Origin: a virus
Strand: one strand, 5' to 3'
IMG/VR virus record: IMGVR_UViG_3300045738_001221
Location: 1-64,000 of that record
Length of the DNA: 64,000 bases
Every line of letters begins with the position of its first letter. Position 1 is the stretch's first letter. Of the stretch, positions 36,201-45,165 are shown piece after piece. A program made the translations under genes and the position numbers. The notes below the pieces were generated by a model that did no database searches, was not told the origin of the DNA, and saw only the letters and a program-made list of their open reading frames with translations.

Positions 36201-37451
36201 ATGCTAGACTTTTATTCAAACAGACGTGACTTTCTAAGGATAGGCAGTATTGGAGCAGGGATGTCCGCTCTAGGGCTTTCTGATATTGCTATGGGTCAGG
36301 AAGAGGCGCAAGAACTTAAAGATAGCTCTGTCGTGTGGGTATGGCTTGGGGGAGGCCCAACACAATTTGAAACATTCCACGCCCCAAAGGAAGACAGTGT
36401 TCCCTCTGAATACAGATCTGTGGGCGGCGCTTTGGTGGACAAGCCAACCGGAATGGCCTTTGGTTCTCATTGGCAAAACCTGATTAAGCAGGCCCCCAAG
36501 CTGAATGTAGTAGACTCCTTCACTCACGGAGACTCTTCTCACAGGCAGGCTACTCACTGGGTAATGACTTCCCACTACAACAAAGAACGAAGTCAAACAT
36601 CTAACTCTATGTTCCCATCTCATGGGTCTATTGTGTCTGCTGTCTATGGTGCCAACAACCCCAAAAACGGAGTTCCTACATATGTTAAACAGGGCAGGAT
36701 AGAAGGTGAAGATCCAGCGTGGTTGGGCGGAGCATACAAACCCTTCGACCCTTCAAATAAAGACAACCTAACCCCCAGAGTAGACATTGAGAGATTTACA
36801 AATAGAAATGAACTATTAAAGTCTCTTGCGGGTGTTAATATTCCTAGTCCATCAGCAGACTCTGTTACCAAATTCAATCAGCAGGCATTTGATGTAATCC
36901 TTGGAACAGCTAAAGACGCATTCAACTTGGACAAAGAAGATACAAAAATGAAGGAGGCTTATGGCGACACCCCAATTGGGAAACAACTCCTTCTTGCTCG
37001 GCGTCTATGTCAGTTTGGAACAAGGTTTGTTACTATCAATTATGGTGGTTGGGACATGCATGGCAACATCGCAAACGCACTTAAGGGAAGAGTTCCCCCT
37101 ATCGACAAAGCTCTTGCGGCTTTTGTAGAAGACGTGCAGCAAAGAGGTCTTAATGAAAAGATTCTCTTGATTGTCACTGGTGAATTTGGCCGTACCAAAC
37201 TTAACGCCAATGCGGGCCGCGATCATTGGCCCTCGATTTCCACAATGCTTATGTCGGGTGGAAGATATGACAGCGGTAGGGTTATAGGGAAGGCCGATAA
37301 GTCTTATACTCCATCGGAAAGTCCCTTTGGGCCTATCGATGTAGCTGCTACTATGTTTGATCATTTTGGCATTAATAAGAATATTCAGAGGGTTGACAAT
37401 GGGGGTCGTCCAAGATATTTGCTGGAAGGTGAAGCGAAAGTTATTTTATAA
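36201..37451 (+). CDS. DUF1501-family protein with Tat signal
   Basis: NRRDFLRIG; WLGGGPTQFETF; LLARRL; GWDMH; GEFGRT; GRDHWP. Confidence 0.9.
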   Translation: MLDFYSNRRDFLRIGSIGAGMSALGLSDIAMGQEEAQELKDSSVVWVWLGGGPTQFETFHAPKEDSVPSEYRSVGGALVDKPTGMAFGSHWQNLIKQAPKLNVVDSFTHGDSSHRQATHWVMTSHYNKERSQTSNSMFPSHGSIVSAVYGANNPKNGVPTYVKQGRIEGEDPAWLGGAYKPFDPSNKDNLTPRVDIERFTNRNELLKSLAGVNIPSPSADSVTKFNQQAFDVILGTAKDAFNLDKEDTKMKEAYGDTPIGKQLLLARRLCQFGTRFVTINYGGWDMHGNIANALKGRVPPIDKALAAFVEDVQQRGLNEKILLIVTGEFGRTKLNANAGRDHWPSISTMLMSGGRYDSGRVIGKADKSYTPSESPFGPIDVAATMFDHFGINKNIQRVDNGGRPRYLLEGEAKVIL

Positions 37452-37621
37452 TGAATAAATATATGCAAGCTGTCTATGAATATGTAAAGTCCAAGACTTA
37501 CTATGCGTATGAAGACCCTAGAACTGGGGAGATTTATTATTATAAAAGAAAGGGAGTATACAGAAAGAATGGGCGTGTCCTTGTTCTAGCAAAAGACTCC
37601 GAAGGAGGATCTAGTAAATGA
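37451..37621 (+). CDS. 56-aa Tyr/Lys-rich hypothetical protein (not in ORF track)
   Basis: TAATG and ATGA overlaps with both neighbours. Confidence 0.55.
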   Translation: MNKYMQAVYEYVKSKTYYAYEDPRTGEIYYYKRKGVYRKNGRVLVLAKDSEGGSSK

Positions 37622-37833
37622 CAATTATGCTAAGAAAAGCAGCACTTCTGCTTGGTGTGTTTGGCGTCGGTGCGTGGCTAATGTACTCAGCCCAAAATGG
37701 AAATTATGAAAGGCAAGACCTTCTCAAAGGAATAGCCTTGTGGTCACTTATTGGTTCCTTTGGACTATACATATGTTCGACGGGATTACTCAAGTTTCAT
37801 AGTCGAACTGTTGATAGGAAGGATAACCAATGA
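37618..37833 (+). CDS. Two-TM membrane protein
   Basis: AGGAGG RBS; two hydrophobic helices. Confidence 0.6.
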   Translation: MTIMLRKAALLLGVFGVGAWLMYSAQNGNYERQDLLKGIALWSLIGSFGLYICSTGLLKFHSRTVDRKDNQ

Positions 37834-38153
37834 CAATTAAGTTAACAGAATCCGCAGGAGCAGAGGCTAAGAAATATCTTGAAGATACCGAAGAAAAGTA
37901 TCTAAGGATTGCCGTGGAGGGCGGTGGATGCTCTGGCTTTCAGTATAATTTAACAGTAGTCGATGACTACGATGAAGAAAAAGATACACTGTCTAATCAA
38001 CATGGCGTAGACGTTATCGTAGACAAGAAAAGCGATCTATACTTAGATGGCACCACCTTAGATTATTATACCGACATTTCCAAGCGTGGTTTTATGTTTG
38101 ACAACCCAAACGCAGTTAAATCCTGTGGTTGCGGAAGCAGTTTTCAGGTATAA
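37830..38153 (+). CDS. iscA: A-type Fe-S cluster carrier (IscA/HesB family)
   Basis: [28 protein letters not shown]. Confidence 0.93.
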   Translation: MTIKLTESAGAEAKKYLEDTEEKYLRIAVEGGGCSGFQYNLTVVDDYDEEKDTLSNQHGVDVIVDKKSDLYLDGTTLDYYTDISKRGFMFDNPNAVKSCGCGSSFQV

Positions 38154-38188
38154 ATTTAATTTTTAAAAGCAAAAATGGGAGATATACA

Positions 38189-38359
38189 ATGGTAGAAAAA
38201 AAGAAAAGAAGCAAGTTTAAGATCATGCTTATAGCATTGGGAATTGCCGCAATTATAATCTTTAGTAGTCCCAAATATAAGGCTAAGTTCTTAGAGATAA
38301 TCGGAATGGGTGGAGATACTTCCGGTGAAGTGGAGGCCCCAGAGGAAAACGAGGAATAA
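38189..38359 (+). CDS. Small single-TM protein
   Basis: GGGAG RBS; basic N-terminus then hydrophobic helix. Confidence 0.55.
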   Translation: MVEKKKRSKFKIMLIALGIAAIIIFSSPKYKAKFLEIIGMGGDTSGEVEAPEENEE

Positions 38360-38383
38360 AAGAAACCTAAAAGGAGATAAGTT

Positions 38384-38668
38384 ATGGTTAAACTAGGAGA
38401 TTGGTTACAAAGAACGGAATGTCCGCTTGCGGGGAAAGCTCCGTTTGACTGACATGAATATTCTATCGCACAGGTTGTGCGTATTGACAAGGAGTATGTT
38501 GAGGTCAACTTTGCTTGTAACTGCATGACCTTCGACAGTAGTAATACAAAAATGTGGTATCATGGAGAATATAAGCCCATCGACGACGAATCTTATGTAA
38601 CACATAAGAAATCCCACGATAGTTGCTGCCTATTTGATAAAGAATTAGAGATTGAATATGCAGCGTAG
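38384..38668 (+). CDS. Candidate selenoprotein (94 aa, in-frame TGA at codon 23), or else a pseudogene
   Basis: AAGGAG RBS 7 nt before ATG 38384; TGA at 38450-38452 in frame with ORF 38477..38668; SECIS-like hairpin 38464-38483. Confidence 0.55.
38450..38485 (+). promoter_or_regulatory. Candidate bacterial SECIS element
   Basis: UA-(bulged U at +17)-CGCACA-GGU-UGUGCG-UA shortly 3' of the UGA. Confidence 0.5.
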
Positions 38669-39878
38669 AAATTTTATCAAGCACTTATCCTTTCTTCCAG
38701 CTATACCCTTGGTGGAATCCATACGCGCCAACCAGAAGGATATAAAGAAGAGGGGTAAGTCTGCTATTCTTTTATGGATGGGAGGTGGTCCATCTAGTAT
38801 GGATATATGGGACCTGAAGCCGAGAGCCCCTACTGGGGGGCCATTCAGACCTATTTCAACTTCTGGAGACTTACAAATTTGTGAGCACATGCCCCACATG
38901 GCAAAGCAGATGCATAACATGGCCGTCATTAGGTCCATGAGTACTTCTGAGGCCGACCACACTAGGGGCAGCTACTACATGCACACAGGCTACAAGCCCA
39001 ACCCCACCATGGAGCACCCAAGCTACGGAGCTGTAGTATCGCATGAACTAAAGCCGGAGAACTTAAGCATACCCCCCTTTATATCAGTGGGCGGCAATAG
39101 TCTCGGTGGGGGCTTTTTGGGTGTTCGACATGCCCCCTTTGTGGTAAATAGCGACGGTCGCATCAGAAACCTTAACATGAAGGTAGATGCTCGTTTTCAT
39201 CAAAGAGCATTTGCATTAGATGTCCTTGAAGATAACTTTATTAACCAGAACAGAGGGTCTATGGCAAAAGACCATAGAGATATTCTGAAACAAACCTTTG
39301 AGGTTCTTACGAGTGAACAAATGAATGCCCTAAAGGTGGCAGAAGAGCCAGAAAACGTTAAGGAGAGGTACGGTGACAATAGCTTTGGCAAGGGATGCCT
39401 GATGGCAAGAAGGCTTGTTGAGGCGGGTGTTCCGTTTGTTGAAGTAAGTCTAGGGGGATGGGATAATCATCAGAATATTTTCCCAACTTTAAAGGACACG
39501 AAGCTTCCAATGCTAGACCAAGGCATGAGCGCCCTTATTGAAGACCTTGAACAAAGGGGCCTTCTGCAAGACACTGTTATTATTTGGATGGGAGAGTTCA
39601 GTAGAACCCCTCGCATCAATGGTAATGCCGGTAGGGATCACTGGGCCCGAAGCTGGAGCCTTGCTGTGGGGGGCGGTGGAATGAATACTGGCATTGCAAT
39701 TGGAAAAAGCAATGAAGATGGAACGAAGGTAGAAACGACACCATATATGTCACAAGATATTATGGCTTCCGTATGCAAGGCCCTCGGAATACCCCTAAGC
39801 ACAACCTTTACTAGTAAGAATGGTAGACCCATGAAGATAGCTAATTCAGGTAAAATTATTGGAGATTTATTTTCATGA
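38658..39878 (+). CDS. Second DUF1501-family protein with Tat signal
   Basis: QRRNFIK; LWMGGGPSSMDIWD; LMARRLVEAGV; GWDNH; GEFSRTP; GRDHW. Confidence 0.9.
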   Translation: MQRRNFIKHLSFLPAIPLVESIRANQKDIKKRGKSAILLWMGGGPSSMDIWDLKPRAPTGGPFRPISTSGDLQICEHMPHMAKQMHNMAVIRSMSTSEADHTRGSYYMHTGYKPNPTMEHPSYGAVVSHELKPENLSIPPFISVGGNSLGGGFLGVRHAPFVVNSDGRIRNLNMKVDARFHQRAFALDVLEDNFINQNRGSMAKDHRDILKQTFEVLTSEQMNALKVAEEPENVKERYGDNSFGKGCLMARRLVEAGVPFVEVSLGGWDNHQNIFPTLKDTKLPMLDQGMSALIEDLEQRGLLQDTVIIWMGEFSRTPRINGNAGRDHWARSWSLAVGGGGMNTGIAIGKSNEDGTKVETTPYMSQDIMASVCKALGIPLSTTFTSKNGRPMKIANSGKIIGDLFS

Positions 39879-40354
39879 TAAGCACATTAAAATGCGCTTG
39901 CGTAGCGCTAATGCTATTCGCATTCCCCGTTAGCCATTTGAGCGCCCAGCAAACCCAAGCCGAAGCTCGCATTGACTTACAGATGGAGATAAGCAAAACC
40001 GTTCAAGCCATTAGAGCGGTTACAAGACCAAAAGAAATATCCGACAGATCTAACCTTATGCAGGAGTTCAAAAACTTAGAGTATTCTCCAGCCGCTAGAG
40101 AGCTTGCGGTTGCGCGTAGGAAAGCCTCGCTCGACGGTAGGTTCCTCGGCCAAATGAGGAACTCTGTTGGCTATCGCCCCATTATTTCCTTTTTTCCTCA
40201 AGGAGACATGATGACAGTGGGACCAGTCATCGTTTCACCAGATCGTCGATATGTTAGAATAGGCATTTCAGCGGCCAGAACAGGCATAGGTCATGTCCAT
40301 ACATTTAATTTCTCTACAGGAGAATACCGGAGACTAGACAATAGAGCACCATAA
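39875..40354 (+). CDS. Secreted protein with secretin-like C-terminal beta motif
   Basis: Signal peptide; GYRPIISFFPQG...VIVSPDRRYVRI. Confidence 0.5.
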   Translation: MISTLKCACVALMLFAFPVSHLSAQQTQAEARIDLQMEISKTVQAIRAVTRPKEISDRSNLMQEFKNLEYSPAARELAVARRKASLDGRFLGQMRNSVGYRPIISFFPQGDMMTVGPVIVSPDRRYVRIGISAARTGIGHVHTFNFSTGEYRRLDNRAP

Positions 40355-40367
40355 AAAGGGTGAAAAC

Positions 40368-40715
40368 ATGCGCAGCAAACTAATAATTTTTTTACTATTA
40401 TTGAATCTTATTACTACTTTAACAGTCGGCTATACTCTCTATACCAACGATTCCGAATCGCGTGTCTTGAAAGTCCAACAGGAACATGAAAAATTTAGAA
40501 ACAATGTATATCAAGGGTTAGGTCTTTTGATGAGTGGTCAATCCCAACTAAACATGAATCAAGATAGACTAAATATAGCCCTTTTAAGGATACATCATTT
40601 TGCAGAACCTCACGCTGATGCATTTTATGAAAATTGCCCAGAATGCCAACTGGAAAAGCAAAAAATTCTAGAGGAAGAAAAGGACAGAATTACCGCCAGC
40701 TTAGGAGGAGACTAA
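40368..40715 (+). CDS. Membrane-anchored protein with H..H..CxxC motif (paralog of 5122..5505)
   Basis: N-terminal TM; RIHHFAEPH...NCPEC. Confidence 0.6.
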   Translation: MRSKLIIFLLLLNLITTLTVGYTLYTNDSESRVLKVQQEHEKFRNNVYQGLGLLMSGQSQLNMNQDRLNIALLRIHHFAEPHADAFYENCPECQLEKQKILEEEKDRITASLGGD

Positions 40716-40918
40716 TGGACTTTTTAAATATTACTAAATTTTTAGTTATCTTTGCCTTTTGCACCATCTTCATCTGGGATGTTGCAGTTATGCTTTTTGC
40801 TAAAGACTTAAGTGCTACAATTAGCTATGCAATATATACAATATCTTGTGAACATCCTATAATATCCTTTGCAATTGGCGTTTTATGTGGTCATGTTTTT
40901 TGGCCTCTCAAGTCGTGA
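40715..40918 (+). CDS. Small two-TM membrane protein
   Basis: AGGAGG RBS, TAATG overlap; ends GVLCGHVFWP. Confidence 0.6.
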   Translation: MDFLNITKFLVIFAFCTIFIWDVAVMLFAKDLSATISYAIYTISCEHPIISFAIGVLCGHVFWPLKS

Positions 40919-40925
40919 GAAATAT

Positions 40926-41921
40926 ATGGTTAAAGTTGGCGTAGTCGGATATGGAACAATAGGAAAGCGTGTAGCCGATGCAATACTTCTACAGGACGAC
41001 ATGGAGCTTGTCGGAGTTACTGCAAATACTTATAATTATAGAATTAAAACGGCACACAAAAAGGGAATAAAAATATTTACAATTGATTCCCTTTTACCCA
41101 TATGTTGGCACAGCATAGATATAGCTGGTAACTTTGATGATCTAGTTAAGCGGTCTGATATTATTGTAGACTGCACACCAAAAGGCACTGGCCGCAACAA
41201 CAAAAAACGGTATAAATATTATGGAACTAAAGCCATTTTTCAAGGAGGGGAAGACCCCGACATTGGCAAAAGCTTTGTTTCTCAATGCAACTATGATGAA
41301 GTCGTTGGATCGGACTTCATCCGGGTAGTTAGCTGCAACACTACGGGGCTTTGCCGAACCCTTTATCCCATTGATCAAAACTATGGCATAGATAAAGTCC
41401 ACGCCACCATGATCAGAAGGGCCGCTGATCCTTGGGACATATATCATGGCCCCATCAACGCCCTTGTTCCACATTTGATAGTCCCATCACATCATGGACC
41501 CGATGTTAGAACTATCATTCCCGACTTGGAGATATTTACCACCTCCATATCTGCTCCCACGACGTTAATGCACATGCACAGCATTACTGTTGATCTCAAA
41601 GTGGAACCTACCGTCGAGGAGACCATAAGACTATTTGAGGACACAACAAGGGTTCGCGTCGTACACAATTCCGATGGAATACGGTCAACAGCCGAAATTA
41701 TGGAATATGCTAACGATCTTGATAGGAGCAGGGGCGATATGCCGGAAGTGTGCGTATGGAGCGACACTATTGGGGTGTGGAACAAGAAGCTGTTATATAT
41801 ACAAGCAGTCCATCAAGAAAGCGATGTGATTCCAGAAAACATTGATGCAATCAGGGCGTCGATGGGAATCTGTAATAAAAACGAAAGCATTAGATTAACA
41901 AATTCCAGCTTGGATATATAG
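40926..41921 (+). CDS. gap: Type II (archaeal-type) glyceraldehyde-3-phosphate dehydrogenase
   Basis: GYGTIGKRVADA, DCTPKG, FQGGE, RVVSCNTTGL, RRAADP, SHHGPDV, QAVHQES..PENIDAIRA. Confidence 0.92.
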   Translation: MVKVGVVGYGTIGKRVADAILLQDDMELVGVTANTYNYRIKTAHKKGIKIFTIDSLLPICWHSIDIAGNFDDLVKRSDIIVDCTPKGTGRNNKKRYKYYGTKAIFQGGEDPDIGKSFVSQCNYDEVVGSDFIRVVSCNTTGLCRTLYPIDQNYGIDKVHATMIRRAADPWDIYHGPINALVPHLIVPSHHGPDVRTIIPDLEIFTTSISAPTTLMHMHSITVDLKVEPTVEETIRLFEDTTRVRVVHNSDGIRSTAEIMEYANDLDRSRGDMPEVCVWSDTIGVWNKKLLYIQAVHQESDVIPENIDAIRASMGICNKNESIRLTNSSLDI

Positions 41922-41930
41922 GGAGACTAA

Positions 41931-42605
41931 ATGGCACGAAGAAACAACGGCTCAGTATCGCACCCTAGAAGAAAGCAATTAAAAGCAAAGACGCCCAATC
42001 AAGCCGAATACATCAATGCCATGGAAACATCTTCCGTAACATTTTGTTCAGGGCCTGCTGGTTCGGGAAAAACAAGCGTAGCGGTTGGGCTTGCCTGTAA
42101 ATACCTGCTTTCAGAAAAAGTTAAAAGAATAATAATTACCCGACCCGTGGTTGAATCTGGCAGGGGTCTTGGACACCTTCCGGGCACTATGCTTGAGAAA
42201 ATAAATCCCTACCTAATACCTATACTTGAAGAAATGGACATGTATTTAAGCAATAAAGAAGTTCAGAATTATATGGAAAAAAATATAATAGAACTTTGTC
42301 CCCTTGAATATATGAGAGGAAGAAACTTTCATGAATGCTTCATGATTCTTGATGAGGCCCAAAATGCAACATTCGATCAAATCAAAATGTTTGTTACCCG
42401 AATAGGAAGAAAGTCGAAGGCGGTTATCAACGGTGATCTCAGACAATCTGATTTAGGTAAAATGAGCGGAGGCCTCCACACTTGCATGGGTCGACTTGGG
42501 AACATTGAGGACGTAAGCATCTGCGAGCTTGACTATTCAGATATCGTCCGCAGCGATATCGTTGCTAAGATTTTAATGTCTCTAAATAATGTCCCCCAAG
42601 AATAA
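41931..42605 (+). CDS. phoH: PhoH-family ATPase
   Basis: GPAGSGKT, TRPVVE, LGHLPG, YMRGR, LDEAQN, GDLRQSD. Confidence 0.95.
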   Translation: MARRNNGSVSHPRRKQLKAKTPNQAEYINAMETSSVTFCSGPAGSGKTSVAVGLACKYLLSEKVKRIIITRPVVESGRGLGHLPGTMLEKINPYLIPILEEMDMYLSNKEVQNYMEKNIIELCPLEYMRGRNFHECFMILDEAQNATFDQIKMFVTRIGRKSKAVINGDLRQSDLGKMSGGLHTCMGRLGNIEDVSICELDYSDIVRSDIVAKILMSLNNVPQE

Positions 42606-42631
42606 TTTTTTGGCCGGTAATCCCGTTTCAG

Positions 42632-42640
42632 TGGTACAAT
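42632..42640 (+). promoter_or_regulatory. Extended -10 promoter TGGTACAAT
   Basis: Intergenic, ahead of the replication module. Confidence 0.5.
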
Positions 42641-42673
42641 ACTGTATGGACCTCTTGATGTTAGGGTAGACAT

Positions 42674-43054
42674 ATGCCAGAGTATAGTTATTTGTGTAAA
42701 ACATGTGATCACAAATGGTCTGTTTTTACCACTCTTTCCAAATACAAGGACAGGATTAAGTGCCCTAGTTGCAAAAAAATAAAAAACGTTCACAGGGACT
42801 TCTCCGAAGACAATGTGTATGGAGGATATAGTTATTCCCTCAGCGAAACACAAACTCTGGGCCATTATGCCGACAAGCAAACAAAAAAATATGGTAAGTG
42901 GAAGTGCGAAGACTTAAAAAGAAGTTTTAAAACAAAGAAAGTTGAAGGGGGCGGAGAGCTACCACAAGGAATGAGTCGTATGGAAAAACCTAAGGAGAGG
43001 CCGCAATGGACAAAGAACGAGAAACCAAAAAAGAGAAGGAACAAGAATAGATGA
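42674..43054 (+). CDS. FmdB-like Zn-ribbon protein
   Basis: MPEYSYLCKTC...CPSC. Confidence 0.8.
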   Translation: MPEYSYLCKTCDHKWSVFTTLSKYKDRIKCPSCKKIKNVHRDFSEDNVYGGYSYSLSETQTLGHYADKQTKKYGKWKCEDLKRSFKTKKVEGGGELPQGMSRMEKPKERPQWTKNEKPKKRRNKNR

Positions 43055-43455
43055 GTAATTTTAAGATAAATCCAGACAAGCCTGTGGAAATAACCAACGA
43101 GGACACCGAAGAGGATGTATCCTGTCTTTATTCCGTCATAGGCAAGCACGACTGGCTTGATGAAGAAGGCTTTCCAAGGCTAAACTCAGAAAATTTCGAT
43201 GCCGGACAGGTTCATGCTAAGGTAGTTAGGGCGAAAGACAGAACCCCAAAGTTCTATGTAAAAATGGGCAGGTACGGCAGGTTTTTTAACCCCATTGGAA
43301 TCTACAGCGAAGGCACTGAATACAAACAAAAACGTCACGCTGGACACCCAGAGTGGGAACTCAAGTCGGTTCCTCAAAAGGCGTTCAGCTTTTATATAAA
43401 TTTTTTAAAGACAAAAAATGCCGCTTGGCTTAGTAATGCAGAAAGGGAAGTTTAA
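43051..43455 (+). CDS. Hypothetical protein
   Basis: ORF track, coupled start. Confidence 0.65.
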   Translation: MSNFKINPDKPVEITNEDTEEDVSCLYSVIGKHDWLDEEGFPRLNSENFDAGQVHAKVVRAKDRTPKFYVKMGRYGRFFNPIGIYSEGTEYKQKRHAGHPEWELKSVPQKAFSFYINFLKTKNAAWLSNAEREV

Positions 43456-43456
43456 A

Positions 43457-43762
43457 ATGGGCAAGTTATCTAAAGCAAAATCTCTCACTGAAGCGGAAAA
43501 GTACTGCATAGAGGGCATGTTATATAATGGAATGGGTGCTTCGGAAATTTCAAAAACATTAGGAAGAGACGAAGTCCTCATAGAGGAATTCATCAAGCAA
43601 GAAGAAGAGGGTGGTGGCCCAATGACCATTAATGAAACCGCCTCTGGCAGCAAGGGGGTTACTATTATGACAGAGGCTGGCTCCTATAGGGTAGACGAAG
43701 CAAAGAAAAAAGACTTACCGAAACCCAGCACCGAGACTACCATCCATAAAATTCATGAGTAA
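43457..43762 (+). CDS. Hypothetical protein with HTH-like N-terminus
   Basis: GMGASEISKTLGR. Confidence 0.55.
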   Translation: MGKLSKAKSLTEAEKYCIEGMLYNGMGASEISKTLGRDEVLIEEFIKQEEEGGGPMTINETASGSKGVTIMTEAGSYRVDEAKKKDLPKPSTETTIHKIHE

Positions 43763-44186
43763 AAAAAGAAGCGACAAAAGCAACTATCCCTCTAGGTACT
43801 CCCCTCAGGGATGGGTTTCTGCGCCCCAATACATCACAGAATTTGTCTGCGAGAAAAAGGCAAGAAAAGATAACATAGATCTACCCATTAAATTCTGGGA
43901 GATCAAGGAATGGAAAAATTATTTTCGCTACCAAATTACGTTAGCGAATAAGCTCCTAAAGGAGTTCTCGGAAGACGCTATTATGGCTGCCCTCAAAGAC
44001 AACAGGTGCTGGAAAACCTATTCCTTGCGTTCTCCGTTTCTCCGTAGCATAATTGAAGAGAAGCAAATCGCCACAAAAGAAAGACACTCGGCTGACTATG
44101 AAATTATAGACAAGCAGGAAGTAAGCCACAAAACAAACAACAATAAGAAATCTATTATATCAAAGCTAAGGGAACTCGATGGATAA
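43755..44186 (+). CDS. Hypothetical protein
   Basis: ORF track, overlapping neighbours. Confidence 0.65.
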   Translation: MSKKRSDKSNYPSRYSPQGWVSAPQYITEFVCEKKARKDNIDLPIKFWEIKEWKNYFRYQITLANKLLKEFSEDAIMAALKDNRCWKTYSLRSPFLRSIIEEKQIATKERHSADYEIIDKQEVSHKTNNNKKSIISKLRELDG

Positions 44187-45165
44187 AGACATTATCAAAG
44201 AATATGGTAATGTTCTTCACGACGCTAGCTCAATTACCGAAAGACCTCTAAAGGTAATTTCTATCGGGCCGAAGCTAGACATTGCCTTGGGCGGGGGTGT
44301 CCCTGAGGGGTCTCTCTTCATAATGACAGGGCCAGAAAAGGTTGGAAAAACAGTCACCGCCTTAAGCTTTTGTGCAAACGCCCAGAAGAATCACCAGAGA
44401 GTTATCTATTATGCCAACATAGAGGGAAGGCTGCGGAAGCGTGATTTGGAAGGAATTTCCGGACTTGACCTCGACCCAGAAAAATTGCAAATTATTTCCT
44501 CAACGGAGGGAAATATCCTTTCGGCAGAAAAATATCTGAGCATTGTAGATAACATAGTTCACACGAAGCCCGGCGCTGTAGCTGTTGTTGACTCCTTTTC
44601 CGCACTGTCAAGCGAATCGGAATTGACCGGAGATCTCGAAGACGTTCAGGTCATGAGCGTGCAAAAAATACTTGCAAAGTTTTGCCGACGCATATCAAAC
44701 GCTCTCCCCATCAATAGAGTAACAGTAGTGGGGGTTACCCACCTAATGGCAAACATACAGCGGTTTGGGAGAGGTAAGTCAAAAATTGAAAAGTCTGGAA
44801 GCGCGCTCAAATATCAGGTTGACGTTAAGCTTCACGCAACCCACTCGGTCCCTCTCATGCAGGGGAATACCCAGATCGGCCAAACCATTCATTGGCAGAT
44901 AGCTACTTCGGCCATTGGCCCTCCGGGTCAAAAGGTTGAAAGTCACATTCTTTACGGAAAGGGTATCTGGAAAGAAATGGAGATTGCAGATTTGCTTGTT
45001 GACTTTGGCATAATTTCAAAAGCGGGGGCTTGGCTTAAGCTACCCAACGGTGAAAAGATTCAAGGCAAGACGAATTTAGCAAAATATTTAGAGGATAACC
45101 CAAAGGAATATAACGACTTCAGATCGCAGGTCTTTAAAATGGTGGGATTAAAAGATGAAGGTTAA
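44179..45165 (+). CDS. RecA/UvsX-like recombinase
   Basis: LDIALGGGVPEG, GPEKVGKT, VVDSFSAL, SGSALKY, KAGAW, QGK. Confidence 0.9.
   Translation: MDKDIIKEYGNVLHDASSITERPLKVISIGPKLDIALGGGVPEGSLFIMTGPEKVGKTVTALSFCANAQKNHQRVIYYANIEGRLRKRDLEGISGLDLDPEKLQIISSTEGNILSAEKYLSIVDNIVHTKPGAVAVVDSFSALSSESELTGDLEDVQVMSVQKILAKFCRRISNALPINRVTVVGVTHLMANIQRFGRGKSKIEKSGSALKYQVDVKLHATHSVPLMQGNTQIGQTIHWQIATSAIGPPGQKVESHILYGKGIWKEMEIADLLVDFGIISKAGAWLKLPNGEKIQGKTNLAKYLEDNPKEYNDFRSQVFKMVGLKDEG

Noticed and set aside
40926-41921. Archaeal origin for the whole contig
   Set aside because: DnaE, DnaB, sigma70, RuvB, bacterial SSB, tmRNA and TATAAT promoters are all bacterial-type.
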